A stretch of 64,000 bases of DNA from NCBI GenBank assembly GCA_024650005.2, contig CP122380.1, positions 1,344,001 to 1,408,000 on the forward strand, read 5' to 3'. Of this stretch, positions 40,724 through 50,949 are shown piece after piece. The notes under the pieces were generated by a model. The model had not been told where the DNA came from, did no database searches, and was given only the letters and a program-made list of their open reading frames with translations. Source of the stretch: Candidatus Bathyarchaeum tardum (GTDB taxonomy: Archaea > Thermoproteota > Bathyarchaeia > Bathyarchaeales > Bathyarchaeaceae). The position numbers and the translations under genes were made by a program. Position 1 is the stretch's first letter. Each line of letters begins with the position of its first letter.

Positions 40724-41179
40724 ATGATAAATAAGGAAATTGTCGCAGCACTGAGGGAAAATCTTGGTGAAAAGCACATTCTTAAAATAACCGCTCCGAG
40801 ATCTCGACGAATTTTTGTTTTTGCTAAAAGAAATTGTTTCAAAGAGGTGATTCTTTTTTTGAATAGCATTGGATTCACGCATCTTTCTACCATAACAGGT
40901 TGCCAAAACAGTGAAGGTTCAATTGAAATTCTATATCATTTCGAAAATCAAGGCACATTGGTCACTGTAAGAGTTTCTCTGCCTATTAATGTGGGGTCAC
41001 TTTCAACAATTACTGATATTGTACCTGGATCAGTGCTCTATGAACGCGAAATTCATGACTTGTTTGGAATAAAGTTTGAAGGTCATCCCGATTTAAGCCG
41101 CCTAATCTTGCCTGATGAATGGCCAAACGAAAGTTATCCCTTGAATAAGAACACAAGCAGTTTAACTACCCAAAAATAA
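40724..41179 (+). CDS. NuoC/EchD-like hydrogenase subunit
   Basis: HLSTITG, ILYHF, YEREIHDLFGIKFEGHP, LPDEWP. Confidence 0.9.
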   Translation: MINKEIVAALRENLGEKHILKITAPRSRRIFVFAKRNCFKEVILFLNSIGFTHLSTITGCQNSEGSIEILYHFENQGTLVTVRVSLPINVGSLSTITDIVPGSVLYEREIHDLFGIKFEGHPDLSRLILPDEWPNESYPLNKNTSSLTTQK

Positions 41180-41267
41180 CTGGCGTAAAAGAGGGCGAAT
41201 GATGTTAGAAGAAAACAATTTTTTATTATTCATCGAAAATCAACTAGATGAAAAGTAGGAAACATCC

Positions 41268-43241
41268 ATGGTCATAGTTGAGCCACATCAAATAGTCATG
41301 TTCGCAATATTTGCTCCAATCATAGTTAGCATCACGTCTCACATCATTTCTAAGATACCAAAAGCAGGTGCACAACTAGCTAAGGTAGTTTGCATTGTCA
41401 CAGCATATATTGTTTTTTTTAGCATACTCTCCCTTGTTCCTTCTGTTTCTTCAAGTCCGATTCAATCAGAATTTTTTCATTTACCTTTAGTTGTCACCAC
41501 AGCAAATTTAGAGATATACGTGGATTTCTTGTCTCTTTTACCTGCACTGCTTTGTTCTCTTTTCGGAGCACTTGCATTAACATTTACAGTACAATATCTT
41601 TCTCCAAAAAACAAAGCATATACAATCAGTGACGGATTTAACCGGTTGTACTCTGTTTCTCTTCTAATGGTCGGTGCGATAAACGGAGCACTTTTTTCCA
41701 GCAATTTAATCGGTCTTTTGCTTTTTTGGGAATTAGTAAGTGTTTGTTTGTATGCCATTATTTCTTTTTGGTACTCTAAAAAAAATTGTGTACAATCAGC
41801 ATTCAAATGTTTAATCATGACGCATATAGGAAGTTTGGCATTGTTCATTGCTTCCATTGTTTTATTCTTCACGTCAGGAACCCTTAATATGATAGAGCTA
41901 GGAAACGGGGTTTTTACAAATACTGTTGCGATAATTGTATTTCCTTTACTGCTTGTTGCATTGTTACCAAAAGCGGTTCAGATACCATTTCATACATGGC
42001 TACCTGATGCAACTGTGGCTCCAACATCAACTATGATCTTGTTTTTAGTTGGAGATTTGGCAGGAATATATTTGCTTATTCGTTTTTTTTCGCAAGTATT
42101 TCAGCCGTTTTTAACTAATCTGCCAATCATACCTTTTGCAGTCTTATTTGGGAATATCAACATTTGGAGCTTCATAATTTCCGTTATTGGAGTTATTACT
42201 TTGCTGTCTGCTGCAATTAACGCCATCACTGAAAACGAACTAAAGCGGATATTGGCTTACAGCGTCATATCTGAGCTAGGTTACAGTGTTATGGTTATTG
42301 GTTTCGCTACATCATTGGGAACAGTTGCAGGTTTGTTTTATTTGACATCACATGTTTTCGTAGCGGGAGTACTTTTCCTTTGTGCTGGCGCTGTTATTTA
42401 TGCAACAGGTAAAAGCAACATTGACGAGCTTGGAGGATTATATCGCTACATCCCTATTACGGCAAGCTGTTGTGCTCTTAGCGTTCTCGCTATTGGGGGT
42501 TTACCATTATTGAGTGAATTCACAGGAAAGTACTTGATTATCCATTCCACGCTTGAAATAGCTTCACCGTTCTTCTTGGCGGCAACGGTATTGGGTGGAG
42601 TTTTTCATCTTGCTATCGCGATTAGATTGTTATATTCTGTTTTCTTAACTCGAGGAAGTAATCTAGGAATTGACCCAAATACCAAGGAGCCTCCTATTAC
42701 AATGCTTGCTCCCATGATTCTGATGTCTGCTGTTGTAATATTTTTGGGAATGTTACCAATGCCACTTTTAGATACTTTTATAATACCTGGAATTAGGCAA
42801 CTGGGGTTCGCAGCTAACATAATTGAGCCGTTCGGAATCATACATCCAGCCCTAGGTTTTTGGACCCCATTAGTAATAGCAATATCAATGCTTGTACTTG
42901 GTTCAATGCTCATCCTTACTGTCACATATACGACAAAGAGAAAGCATAGAGAACAAAGTAGTGAAGACGCATTTAAACCGGTTCTCTGTGGAGAAGATGA
43001 AAACGAAATTTATGAGGTCCCGTCAAGCTTTTTTTATCACACCTTTACTCAGGTCTTGAAACTTGAAAATCTTCGCCACAGGCTAAGTGTTGATCGTTTT
43101 TACTATTTCTTGTTAAGCAAGCTATCTAAAGGATGTCAAAAGTTACTTGCTTTGGATATTCATCAGAATTTCACACCAGCGTTTATGTCTTTCATTATTG
43201 GGGCGATAATACTGATTCTTATTGTTGTTTTGGGGGTATAA
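41268..43241 (+). CDS. Antiporter-like membrane subunit (NuoL/MrpA/EchA-like)
   Basis: FWELVS, KAVQIPFHTWLPDA, LKRILAYS.ISELGY, LGGL. Confidence 0.88.
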   Translation: MVIVEPHQIVMFAIFAPIIVSITSHIISKIPKAGAQLAKVVCIVTAYIVFFSILSLVPSVSSSPIQSEFFHLPLVVTTANLEIYVDFLSLLPALLCSLFGALALTFTVQYLSPKNKAYTISDGFNRLYSVSLLMVGAINGALFSSNLIGLLLFWELVSVCLYAIISFWYSKKNCVQSAFKCLIMTHIGSLALFIASIVLFFTSGTLNMIELGNGVFTNTVAIIVFPLLLVALLPKAVQIPFHTWLPDATVAPTSTMILFLVGDLAGIYLLIRFFSQVFQPFLTNLPIIPFAVLFGNINIWSFIISVIGVITLLSAAINAITENELKRILAYSVISELGYSVMVIGFATSLGTVAGLFYLTSHVFVAGVLFLCAGAVIYATGKSNIDELGGLYRYIPITASCCALSVLAIGGLPLLSEFTGKYLIIHSTLEIASPFFLAATVLGGVFHLAIAIRLLYSVFLTRGSNLGIDPNTKEPPITMLAPMILMSAVVIFLGMLPMPLLDTFIIPGIRQLGFAANIIEPFGIIHPALGFWTPLVIAISMLVLGSMLILTVTYTTKRKHREQSSEDAFKPVLCGEDENEIYEVPSSFFYHTFTQVLKLENLRHRLSVDRFYYFLLSKLSKGCQKLLALDIHQNFTPAFMSFIIGAIILILIVVLGV

Positions 43242-43245
43242 TCAC

Positions 43246-43890
43246 ATGGAGCCTACTGTTTTAGTAACTTTGATAATATCAGCGGCTTTTACTGTACTGG
43301 CTTGTTTTGCTGGCAGCACAAAACGAACAATTCATTTGCTTGTTCTGCAAGCTACTGCAATAGGATTTGTTGGGCTTATGAGTTGTATAGTTAATCTAAT
43401 AATAGGATTGCATTTAGAAGCCCTAATTGATTTTTTTGCATCATTTTCTGAATGGTTTGCATGTGCTATTGTGTCTCCTTTGATAATTTATTGGGGAATG
43501 GTAAATACCAAAAATGAAGTTGATCAGCCGATAATAGGAATGCGAATGATGGTTATAGCAGTTATAGCCATTGCAGTCTCATGTTTAGTATTAGGATCAG
43601 GTTTCCTGTTTCAGGTCCCTCTCCACTTGGAAGTTTTACCATTTGTCAGTTTTATGTTGGCTCTTTCAATATTATTAATTACTACTAGGAAAGACCCTTT
43701 GAAAATATTAATCGGTTTCAACATGGCAGAAACAGCGCTTTATCCATTGATTTCGAAAAGCCCTTTGGTTCTAATTCCGTTCATTTTAGCAATTATGATT
43801 TTTGTAAATATTGTAGGAGTGTTTGTCATCTCAGAAGCCTATAAAGAATACGGCACAAGTTTAATTGATAAATGGAGATGGAATGATTAA
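43246..43890 (+). CDS. Small membrane subunit of the hydrogenase (possibly HyfE-like)
   Basis: About 7 TM, located between the two antiporter genes; its stop overlaps the next start. Confidence 0.65.
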   Translation: MEPTVLVTLIISAAFTVLACFAGSTKRTIHLLVLQATAIGFVGLMSCIVNLIIGLHLEALIDFFASFSEWFACAIVSPLIIYWGMVNTKNEVDQPIIGMRMMVIAVIAIAVSCLVLGSGFLFQVPLHLEVLPFVSFMLALSILLITTRKDPLKILIGFNMAETALYPLISKSPLVLIPFILAIMIFVNIVGVFVISEAYKEYGTSLIDKWRWND

Positions 43891-45347
43891 TGTACTCCCT
43901 GCTACCGCTTCTTTCTTTGATTATACCATTTTTCATCGGGACATTATGTTTAATTACATACCCATTTAGATATCTAGAATGTTTTTTCAAGAATGTCCAA
44001 AAAATTATACTTGTTTTTGGTACGGGACTAACTTTGCTTATAGTCGTAGGAATGGTTCCAGAAGTTATAGCAGGCCAAACTTTAGAAATTCCTTGGCTTG
44101 CTCTTCAAGTTGACTCAACTAACATAATTGGGCTTGTGGGCGTAACGATAATCTTCTTTTTAACGTCAATCTACAACATAAAAGCTGAACAGGGTGGTCG
44201 TTTAAAGCCAAGTCTTTACAACTTTTTTGTTTTATTATTTCTTTTTTGCATGGTAGGAATTTTACTTTCCTTTGATTTGTTTGGAATCTTCCTATTTGTG
44301 GAATTGCTTATTGGTGTTTCAATCATTCTTGTTACCCATTCTTCAGGAAAATTATCTCCAGAAGCTGCCTTCAAATATTTGGTAATTACTGCAGTCAGCG
44401 CGTTGTTTGTGCTCTTAGGAACGTTAATCGTTTTTGTTACAACGCAAGACTCGAATATGTTTTCCATAATGGAAAACCCGGGAGCGTTAGTCGAAAACGC
44501 ACGCTTATTGATGATAATAGTAGCTCTTTTTGTGGCAGGAATTGGAGCAGACATTGGGGTTGTACCCTTTCATGGTTGGTTACCTGACGTTTTTCCTGCA
44601 TCAACTCCAACGATCAATGGTTTCTTCTGTGCAGAACCCATTGCACTCATTTTTGTTTTGTACCGGGTCGTTAACATGTTCTATGTGATTTATCCATCTA
44701 TCGTAATCATATTAGTAATGGTGGGGGTAGGTCTAGGATCGATTATTATCGGAACTTTATTAGCATATTCACAAAAAGATTTCATGCGAATGATAGCGTA
44801 CGCGAGCATAGATACATTTGGGTACGCGATTCTTATCTTTGGTTTGTTTACTTCACTAAGTTCCATTGCAGGAAAATTCTACATAGTTAATGCTGCATTA
44901 ATAAAAACAGGGGTCATTCTGTGTTTAGGTTCTGTCTATATTCGGGCTGGAACACGGAACATGGATGTCTTAGGCGGTTTAGCAGGAAAGATGAAAAAAA
45001 CTGCAATAATTTACATCGTTTGCATTCTTTCTCTTGTGGGTGTTCCGCCGTTGAGTGGATTCTTCGGAAAATGGTTGATTTTCACTGCGTTATATGATTA
45101 TTTATTACCGCAGACAGGTGTCTTAATATCTGTTCTAGTTATTGTGTTCTTTGCAGGGCTCTCAATAATTCCGTTTATGTTCTTAATACGGTCATTCAAC
45201 AAAATATTTTTGGGTCATTCAACGCTGATTGACAAGGTTAACGAAGTCCAATTAAGTATGTGGTTGCCCGTGGCAGTTTTGGTGGGTCTAACAATTTTGG
45301 TTGGACTGTTTCCACAGATTTTCTTAGGTTTAATTTCTCCAGTTTAA
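43890..45347 (+). CDS. Antiporter-like membrane subunit (MrpD/NuoM-N/HyfF-like)
   Basis: FLFVELL, EAAFKYL, PFHGWLPD, RMIAYAS, GVPPLSGFFGKW. Confidence 0.88.
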   Translation: MYSLLPLLSLIIPFFIGTLCLITYPFRYLECFFKNVQKIILVFGTGLTLLIVVGMVPEVIAGQTLEIPWLALQVDSTNIIGLVGVTIIFFLTSIYNIKAEQGGRLKPSLYNFFVLLFLFCMVGILLSFDLFGIFLFVELLIGVSIILVTHSSGKLSPEAAFKYLVITAVSALFVLLGTLIVFVTTQDSNMFSIMENPGALVENARLLMIIVALFVAGIGADIGVVPFHGWLPDVFPASTPTINGFFCAEPIALIFVLYRVVNMFYVIYPSIVIILVMVGVGLGSIIIGTLLAYSQKDFMRMIAYASIDTFGYAILIFGLFTSLSSIAGKFYIVNAALIKTGVILCLGSVYIRAGTRNMDVLGGLAGKMKKTAIIYIVCILSLVGVPPLSGFFGKWLIFTALYDYLLPQTGVLISVLVIVFFAGLSIIPFMFLIRSFNKIFLGHSTLIDKVNEVQLSMWLPVAVLVGLTILVGLFPQIFLGLISPV

Positions 45348-45826
45348 GCGTGCCTAGATCTATGGAAAAACCATTTTTTTGATCCTATTTTTAGTCCGAC
45401 ATCTATACTGAGATGTTCAACAAATTTACCGATTACATAACCGCTTTCGCTGACTATTTTTATCAACTGGTATTTAGTAGTATAAACAGTATAACTTTCT
45501 TCAGGGTCAACTTCGACAGTATCTGCATTTTGAGTGATCTCTCCCAACATGTAAACTTTGATTTCTGCATCAAGGTAATTACCTAAGAAAATCCTTGTAA
45601 CTGATAGTTTAATGGTTTCCTCCAAAATGTTTTGCGCAGGGATATCTTCAGATTCTCTTGGAGTTATCGCGATTGTTTTTTCTGTTTTTGAAAGTTCACT
45701 TTTTTTGTCTTCAATCTTTTTGAAGTCATGTTTTTTTATCAGCAAGGTTCCCAATCCAGAAAACTCTGTATGCCTAAAAACTACATCTTTCAGGATTAAG
45801 ACAACGGTTTCACAATGACCAGACAA
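45344..45826 (-). CDS. Hypothetical soluble protein closing the minus-strand hydrogenase operon
   Basis: 160-aa ORF co-oriented with and directly after the NuoI-like gene. Confidence 0.6.
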   Translation of the reverse strand: MSGHCETVVLILKDVVFRHTEFSGLGTLLIKKHDFKKIEDKKSELSKTEKTIAITPRESEDIPAQNILEETIKLSVTRIFLGNYLDAEIKVYMLGEITQNADTVEVDPEESYTVYTTKYQLIKIVSESGYVIGKFVEHLSIDVGLKIGSKKWFFHRSRHA

Positions 45827-45873
45827 GCATTTCCCTCATTTATTTGATAATATTAATTGAATAAGCTAAAGCT

Positions 45874-46197
45874 TTATGTAATATTTAGTTGTTCACGATC
45901 GTGTACAGCCATCAAAAACTCAGAAGAGAAGTCTATTGCCTGTTTTGGGCAAATCTCTTTGCATTGACCACAAAATATGCACATATCTAGATTGAATGTC
46001 ACCTTTTTTTCTTCAGTCACAATTATTGCACCTGTAGGACAGGTTCTGGTGCATAATAAACAACCAATGCATGCTAAATAATTAAAAAGTATTTTTCCTC
46101 TGAAGTTCTTAGAAACTGGAACTAATTCATTACTTTTTGTGAAAGATTTAACCGTTATAGGCTTATGGAATAAAGATCGTAAGGCATCTCGAATCAT
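45874..46197 (-). CDS. 2x[4Fe-4S] subunit (NuoI/EchF-like)
   Basis: CIGCLLCTRTCP and CIFCGQCKEICP. Confidence 0.92.
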   Translation of the reverse strand: MIRDALRSLFHKPITVKSFTKSNELVPVSKNFRGKILFNYLACIGCLLCTRTCPTGAIIVTEEKKVTFNLDMCIFCGQCKEICPKQAIDFSSEFLMAVHDREQLNIT

Positions 46198-46220
46198 TTT
46201 ACAAGTTCACTCAAGTTAGA

Positions 46221-47192
46221 TTATAGACCCATGATTAAAGATACTGCTGAAAGGGTAAGCAGTATTATAGGAATTGCCCAATATAACTTAAATGCTTGCC
46301 CTATTTTTAGCCTTGCGAAGAGTGTCCTAGGCAAAGTTACAGTGAAAAACATGACAAGTAACGCAATAAGTAAACTTACAAACAAATTAAACCATGTATT
46401 ATAGTCAGGAAAGCCGTTAAAGTATGCAGGAAAATATAGAAAGAGCATTGTTGAAAGAAACGTCAAAGAAAATGCTAATACAGATTTAGCTAGCTTCATC
46501 AAAGCTAGGTATGGTCCGCCATATTCAATCAGTGTTCCATGAACAATCTCAGTTTTTGCTTCTGATATATCAAATGGTACGACCCCTACTGCTGCAGGAA
46601 TACAAAAAATAAAAGTCGCTGCTGCAAATGCAATACTAAGATTAGAAAATGCCAGAGGCATTCCAGCGGTTTCTTGAGCGACCAAAATGTCGTAAGAAGT
46701 AACAGAAAAACCTGTTTTGAAGGAAACAAATCCGATTGATATAATCATTGGAACTTCATAAGACATTAGCATAACGACTGCGCGAGAAAATCCAAGTGTT
46801 CCAAACGGATTTCCAGATGATGAACCACCAAACATGATCATCAGTGAAGGCATTGCTAACAAATATAATACAAGGATAAGGTCTCCCATGAAATTGACTC
46901 TTAGTAATATTGAAAGAAAGGGTATCATTGCACCTAAAACAGAACAAACTACAGCAATAATAGGTGCAATTGTAAATATTGAAGATATAGCGTTATTGGG
47001 AATTATTCTCTCTTTTCCAAACAGTTTTATTAGATCATAAAAAGGTTGCAACAATGGAGGTCCTATTCTGTTTTGCATTCGCGCATGAAGTTTTCTGTCG
47101 ATTCCCGCAAATATAAGACTGATTGCAACTATGAGTGGAAAAGAAACAACAATTAGAATGACTGTTATTGCTAGGTCGACAGTGTTCATCAT
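46221..47192 (-). CDS. NuoH/EchB/HyfC-like membrane subunit
   Basis: DRKLHARMQNRIGPP..QPFYDLIKL..KE, PFDISEA..E...EYGG. Confidence 0.92.
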   Translation of the reverse strand: MMNTVDLAITVILIVVSFPLIVAISLIFAGIDRKLHARMQNRIGPPLLQPFYDLIKLFGKERIIPNNAISSIFTIAPIIAVVCSVLGAMIPFLSILLRVNFMGDLILVLYLLAMPSLMIMFGGSSSGNPFGTLGFSRAVVMLMSYEVPMIISIGFVSFKTGFSVTSYDILVAQETAGMPLAFSNLSIAFAAATFIFCIPAAVGVVPFDISEAKTEIVHGTLIEYGGPYLALMKLAKSVLAFSLTFLSTMLFLYFPAYFNGFPDYNTWFNLFVSLLIALLVMFFTVTLPRTLFARLKIGQAFKLYWAIPIILLTLSAVSLIMGL

Positions 47193-47198
47193 CTTTTT

Positions 47199-48335
47199 TC
47201 ACCTATCAGCACAACTCATACACGGGTCAATAGAAGAAACAATTACAGGTATGTCAGCAACTTCTCTTCCTACAAGTAAATTTTTCAAGCAAAGTATGTT
47301 TGCTAATGTTGGTGTACGAATTTTTAATCTATTTAAACCGTTTTTTCCATTGCTCTTTACAAAATGCAAAAGTTCCCCACGTGGAGCTTCGATTCTTGAG
47401 ATTGCTTCGCCCTCGGGAATTTTTCGTGCTACTTTCAGAAGCGAATTGTCTATACCCAATTGACCAGAGGGCAATTGATCTAATGCAGTTTGAATAAGGT
47501 TAACAGATTCAAACATTTCTAAGACGCGGACTTCTGCTCGCGAAAGGGCATCTCCTTTTGTTTTAACAATTTTAGAAAAATTTTTTTTTAGGTCTCCATA
47601 TGCCGCGTAAGGATCATCTTTTCGTACGTCCGTTTCTACACCCGAGGCTCGAGCTGTAGGACCTACAACACAAAGCATTTTTGCGACGTCTTTACTCAAT
47701 ATGCCTGTGGCACTTAGCCTTTTTTCTACAGTTTTGCTGTGAATAATGTCAAGCAGGTAACTGCATATTTTCTCAGCTTCTTTCATAAAGTTTTGCAGGT
47801 CATTCATTGAGTCAGGGGTTAAATCATTACGGACTCCCCCAAATGTGTTAATGGAGTGGTGAACACGATTACCGGTTATTCTTTCAAACCAATCCATTAT
47901 TTTTTCGCGAACACGCATGCTATACATAAAAGCAGTGTCAAACCCTATTCCATAGGCTGCAACTCCAATCCAAAGCAGATGGCTGTGTAGTCTTTCCATT
48001 TCTGATAATATTGTTCTAATATAAGATGCACGTTCAGACAGTTCTATTCCCCCAATTTCTTCAATAGCTTGAACAAAACATGTAGAATGACTGTGTGAAC
48101 AGATTCCACATATTCTTTCAACAAGATATGTTGTTTGAACAAGATTTCGGTTTTGAGCTAGTTTTTCTATTCCTCTATGAACAAATCCAAGTCGCAGATC
48201 AACATCTACAATTTTTTCCCTATTGAGAGTTACTTTAAAGTGCACAGGCTCTTTTAGGGCAGGATACACTGGACCAACAGGTATAACAGATTTAGTGTAA
48301 CATGGTTCGTCCTTTTTGTCTTCCAATATGTTCAC
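47199..48335 (-). CDS. Group 4 [NiFe]-hydrogenase large subunit
   Basis: HRGIEK, L1 ERICGICSHSH, EAPRGEL, L2 DPCMSCADR at the extreme C-terminus. Confidence 0.94.
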   Translation of the reverse strand: MNILEDKKDEPCYTKSVIPVGPVYPALKEPVHFKVTLNREKIVDVDLRLGFVHRGIEKLAQNRNLVQTTYLVERICGICSHSHSTCFVQAIEEIGGIELSERASYIRTILSEMERLHSHLLWIGVAAYGIGFDTAFMYSMRVREKIMDWFERITGNRVHHSINTFGGVRNDLTPDSMNDLQNFMKEAEKICSYLLDIIHSKTVEKRLSATGILSKDVAKMLCVVGPTARASGVETDVRKDDPYAAYGDLKKNFSKIVKTKGDALSRAEVRVLEMFESVNLIQTALDQLPSGQLGIDNSLLKVARKIPEGEAISRIEAPRGELLHFVKSNGKNGLNRLKIRTPTLANILCLKNLLVGREVADIPVIVSSIDPCMSCADR

Positions 48336-48754
48336 CCAAATTTTTTCTGAATAGCCAAGGCTACTCCTTGTATTATTGCTTCAGGTCTAGGTGGACAACC
48401 ACTTACATAAGCATCAACTGGAATAATTCCATCTACTGGACCCTCAATTGAATAGCTGCCCCTAAATGGTCCACCAGATAAAGCGCAAGCTCCGACTGCT
48501 ACAACTGCCTTTGGTTCAGGCATTTGATTATATATCATTGTCATTCTAGAAAGCATTTGACGAGTTACGGGACCAGTAATCAACAGAACATCAGCATGGC
48601 GGGGGGAACCAACAAGAACACACCCTAACCGTTCAACATCATAGCGTGGAGTTATAGTAGCCAATATTTCAATGTCGCATCCGTTGCATGAACCACTGTT
48701 TAAATGGAAAAGCCATGGTGATTTTATTCGAGACCGTTTTGTGATTCGTCCCAT
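48332..48754 (-). CDS. Hydrogenase small subunit (NuoB/EchC-like)
   Basis: SCNGCDIE, SPRHADVL, GACALSGG, GCPPRPE. Confidence 0.94.
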   Translation of the reverse strand: MGRITKRSRIKSPWLFHLNSGSCNGCDIEILATITPRYDVERLGCVLVGSPRHADVLLITGPVTRQMLSRMTMIYNQMPEPKAVVAVGACALSGGPFRGSYSIEGPVDGIIPVDAYVSGCPPRPEAIIQGVALAIQKKFG

Positions 48755-49407
48755 GAAGATTAGATCCTAAATTTAATTTGTTAAGTACCACATTGGCAAC
48801 ATTAAAAATGTTTTCTTAATTTTTTGATGTACATGCTGGAATGGCCCCAAATTAGATAGCTTATTTTGAAAATCAGGTTCTCATACTTTATCTGTAGCGT
48901 CAAACAGGGCAGGTTATTCCCTGCGAGACAAGATGAGCAGAAGATCCTTGAATCACTCGTTACAATCGTTGACTTAAGCTTTGCTTACAAAATACTTAAA
49001 CAATGTTTTCATACCTCAGGTCTTAAGAAATTACCCAAAAACCGATGGTTCTCGTTCCCACATTCATAGTAATGCCCATGAAAGCAGTTTGCAGTCCTGA
49101 GAGAGAAAACCAGAATTTTAAACATTAACAAAAAAAGAAAATTATGCATGATTAAAAAAGACCAAGGACTCCACATGAAGCGTACTAAGCAGATTTTCTA
49201 AGAGTTACAAATAAAACGTCAATAAGAAATCGACCACAAAACCATGTTTCCTTTATTGAGATTATGTGCACTTCATTAGTATAAGGTCAAGCTGAGAATT
49301 GGAGTTGCAATTAGCCAACATAACGATTCTAACCTTAGAAGGCTATTTTGAAGCATAAGTTTTCCGTTAAAAATTAAAAGAAAGAGAAAAAATTCTCTTG
49401 AATGTGT

Positions 49408-50148
49408 TTATACGCGTCTGCGTTTGACTCGGCTGCCAGCGCTTCGTGCTGCGATTAGACCGACTTTTTTGCCGGGTGGCGCATTTCGTGAAACTGTGGT
49501 TACTTTGCGTCCACCTTTCTTGCTGCTACCGTAAGGGTGACATGCAGCTATCATGGCGATACCTCGGGTTCGAGGATACAAGTGGCCTTTAGCTTTCATT
49601 AAATGATATTTTGTTCCTGCTTTCAGGAAGGGTTTTTCTGTTCGTCCTGCACCTGCAACTATTCCGACTGTTGCTCTGCATAGGCTGTTAACTTGTTTGT
49701 TTCGTTTTGATGGAAGTCTCACTATTGTTTTGTTTCCAACAGAATGTGAAATGATAGTTGCATATGCTCCAGATGCGCGAACCATTTTTCCTCCGTCTCC
49801 GGGGGATAATTCAATGTTGCAGACCATGGTTCCTTCTGGAATCTTGCCGATTGGAAGAACGTTTCCGATATCAACAGCAGCTTCATCGCCGACCTGTGTG
49901 GGTTGACCTTCGTATGCTCCTTCGGGGGCTACTGTGTAGTATGTGTCTCCACTTTCTAGTTTGATAGAAACCATAGGTGCGCCTCTTCCGGGCTCGTGCA
50001 TTATGTTTGTTATTTGCCCGTTTACCACTGCTTTGTTTTCAGTGATCGCTACTGAAGGATATCTAACAGGGGCTACACGCTTGTGGGTTGATGCCCTAAA
50101 AGTTGAGGAGCCTCTTCCGCGTCTTTGCACTCGTATTCGTTTTCCCAA
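49408..50148 (-). CDS. rpl2: 50S ribosomal protein uL2
   Basis: MGKRIRVQRRGRG, HEPGRGAP, GRTEKPFLKAG, VSRNAPPGKKVG. Confidence 0.96.
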   Translation of the reverse strand: MGKRIRVQRRGRGSSTFRASTHKRVAPVRYPSVAITENKAVVNGQITNIMHEPGRGAPMVSIKLESGDTYYTVAPEGAYEGQPTQVGDEAAVDIGNVLPIGKIPEGTMVCNIELSPGDGGKMVRASGAYATIISHSVGNKTIVRLPSKRNKQVNSLCRATVGIVAGAGRTEKPFLKAGTKYHLMKAKGHLYPRTRGIAMIAACHPYGSSKKGGRKVTTVSRNAPPGKKVGLIAARSAGSRVKRRRV

Positions 50149-50203
50149 TTGTCACATCTTCCTTTGAAACGTAGGTTCTACAGACGAAACAGTTTAAATA
50201 CTT

Positions 50204-50926
50204 TTAGTTTTCTGCGCTCCTAGAATAGCGCCTAGTCACCAAAGTATGCACAATTAAAATAACGCCGATAACTGCAACAATACCTAAAAGCACATAATTG
50301 AACAGAGAAACCATGCTCTGAAGTTCAACTGGGATTTCACCTGTAGCACGGTAAGAATCAAGGAGTTCTTGAAACGTTAACCCAAAATAGGTTCCTATGT
50401 ATGTGTAAAATAGTGTACGGGGAAATGTGCCAATTATTGTAGGAATCAAGAAACTTTTTAGTTTCATTGTAGTCAGACCCGCACCGTATGATATTGCATC
50501 AAAGGAGATGAAAGGCGCAAACCTTCCAAGAAGAATTGCCCAGCTTCCCCATCGGCTAACCCAGTTGTCTGCGAATTGAATGCCTTTTTCGCCTATTAGT
50601 TTGATTGCAAGGTTCCTGCCGCCTTTTTTTGAAATATAAAAACAAACAATGGATGCAACTATTGAACCTAATGATCCAACAATCCACCCAAAGGGAAAAG
50701 GGAAAGCCAAACCGGCTACAATCAAAACCAACATAGAAGGAATTGGCATTGCGATTGCTTGAATAACCATTATTCCAAACAACAGGGGAAGCCCTCCTGC
50801 TTGAAATGATTCGATTACTATGATTAGAATGTCATAAACAATTTCTGGAAAAATAAACAAAACAGCAGAAGCAGCGATAGCTAACAAAAAAACAAGAACT
50901 GAAAGAAATTTGGTGGAGCTGGGCAT
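50204..50926 (-). CDS. DedA/TVP38 (VTT domain) membrane protein
   Basis: PIPS....VAG, RFAPFISFDAISYGAGLT, GTFPRT. Confidence 0.88.
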   Translation of the reverse strand: MPSSTKFLSVLVFLLAIAASAVLFIFPEIVYDILIIVIESFQAGGLPLLFGIMVIQAIAMPIPSMLVLIVAGLAFPFPFGWIVGSLGSIVASIVCFYISKKGGRNLAIKLIGEKGIQFADNWVSRWGSWAILLGRFAPFISFDAISYGAGLTTMKLKSFLIPTIIGTFPRTLFYTYIGTYFGLTFQELLDSYRATGEIPVELQSMVSLFNYVLLGIVAVIGVILIVHTLVTRRYSRSAEN

Positions 50927-50949
50927 CTGATGACCAGACGCTCCTCGTT

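Noticed and set aside
48780-49400. About 650-bp intergenic region with a 67-aa ORF as an IS/integrase remnant or ncRNA
   Set aside because: No terminal repeats, catalytic motifs or stable structure visible; left unexplained.
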